From positions 1 to 59,029 of the forward strand of contig JAQGDQ010001155.1 of the NCBI GenBank assembly GCA_030141605.1: a stretch of DNA of 59,029 nt, written 5' to 3'. Each line of letters begins with the position of its first letter. Position 1 is the first letter of the stretch. Below are positions 57,623 to 59,029 of this stretch, in pieces. Source of the DNA: Tubiluchus corallicola (lineage: Eukaryota > Animalia > Priapulida). The position numbers and the translations under genes are program-made. The notes below the pieces were generated by a model, which saw only the letters and a list, made by a program, of their open reading frames with translations, did no database searches and was not told the DNA's origin.

Positions 57623-58280
57623 CACCCATATCTCGGGTTGCCGGACAAAAGTGGGGAGACTTCGGTCCGAATTGGTCGATTGTCCGTATTTACTAAGCTA
57701 ATACTGTAGACGCCATGTACCGGACTCACGGTAATGTAGAATCTATTGTCTATTGTCTCAAAAACGTCTATGCAAAAGTATATAAAAACTGTCGGCAATT
57801 GACTCAAATAACTCTGCATAGTTGACTCAATATTTTTTGTGTGACCAATGAGCTTTTACTATTTTTATATTGTCTTACTTCGCTTTTGCGCACTATAATA
57901 TACTATAAAATATATACTACTATATACTATAGTATATATACTATATACTTCTGCCACTGTATACTATATACTTCTGATACTATATACCATACACTGCCAT
58001 GCAAACGGAGGTCTTATCGTATCATTTTCAATAAAGATTTTTAATAAAAAAAATATAATATACTTAGAAACAATCACGTTACGTACAGTCGTTACGCGTT
58101 GCTTAGTTACAATGATGTGTAATGATGCCAACAAAGTGACGGCCCACCAGCTAGCGGTCACCTCGAGAAACAACGGACTTAGTCCATAGTTTGTGGGACA
58201 TTTAATAGTACCAATTCTTCCGATGCTCCGATTTTTCCGATATCCATAAAAGCGAAGTCCGGTAAACCGAGATATGAGTG
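57623..58280. mobile_element. Tc1/mariner-type MITE (same family as 29222-29598)
   Basis: TA|CACCCATATCTCGG...CCGAGATATGAGTG|TA. Confidence 0.78.
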
Positions 58281-58338
58281 TAATTCCTTCTTCTTTATAA
58301 GCAAATTAATTTTAAACTGCAATCTGTTATGTCAAGTT

Positions 58339-58893
58339 CATCGACAGGTGTCGCCATACTTAATGCACACAAGATCTTGAAGGTAGGCGCAAACTGCTTG
58401 AACACAAAGTCCGGCTTACATCCAACTCAAGTCGACGCCTACTCGTATCATCGACAGGTGTCGCCATACTTAATGCACGCAACATCTTGAGTGTAGGCGC
58501 AAACTGCTTGAACATAAGGGTCCGGCTTGCATCCAACTCAAGTCGACGCCTACTCGTATCATCGACAGGTGTTGTCATACTTAATGCACACAACATCTTG
58601 AGTGTAGGCGCAAACTGCTTGAACATAAGGGTCAGGCTTACATCCAACTCAAGTCGACGCCTACCCGTATCATCGACAGGTGTCGCCATACTTAATGCAC
58701 GCAACATCTTGAGTGAAGGCGCAAACTGCTTGAACATAAGGGTCAGGCTTACATCCAACTCAAGTCGACGCCTACCCGTATCATCGACAGGTGTTGTCAT
58801 ACTTGATGCACGCAACATCTTGAGTGTAGGCGCAAACTGCTTGAACATAGGGGTCCGGCTTACATCCAACTCAAGTCGACGCCTACCCGTATC
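58339..58893. repeat. 111-bp tandem repeat, 5 copies
   Basis: TCGACAGGTG recurs at 58341, 58451, 58562, 58673, 58784. Confidence 0.95.
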
Positions 58894-59029
58894 TCGTTTC
58901 AAACTTGGCACTTCGTTATTATAACTTATTCATACCTGTCTCTACATGTCCAACGTCAATCAGCAAATCCTCGGATGCTGAGGCTAAAAGTTGACCATCA
59001 CAGCTAAAGCTTAACGTTCGAACGGGCCA

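Overview
AT-rich, repeat-dense animal (probably invertebrate) genomic DNA, not prokaryotic. One long + strand spliced gene dominates. I traced 25 GT-AG coding exons (4824-53246) whose phases join into one open frame of 7920 nt (about 2639 aa, start codon not firmly located). The N-terminal exons resemble JAKMIP/NECC coiled-coil proteins. A 3420-nt exon encodes a long coiled coil. A Ser/Pro linker carries an SxIP motif. The C-terminus has RIM-binding-protein-type SH3-FN3-SH3 domains. There is a candidate internal first exon (MGAAVGS, 27010-27030), a possible cryptic transmembrane-tail terminal exon (14418/14448-14576), and an intron just after the stop codon. The introns hold a 5S rRNA-headed SINE with target-site duplication (TSD), a second older 5S-related SINE family (7 copies), tRNA-SINE remnants, two LINE 3' ends, a probable solo LTR, many MITEs (hAT, piggyBac-type, Tc1/pogo-type, Kolobok-type) and many mini/microsatellites. 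Two of the minisatellites appear to have grown inside SINEs. Family assignments come from recalled motifs and manual alignment; no database search was run.
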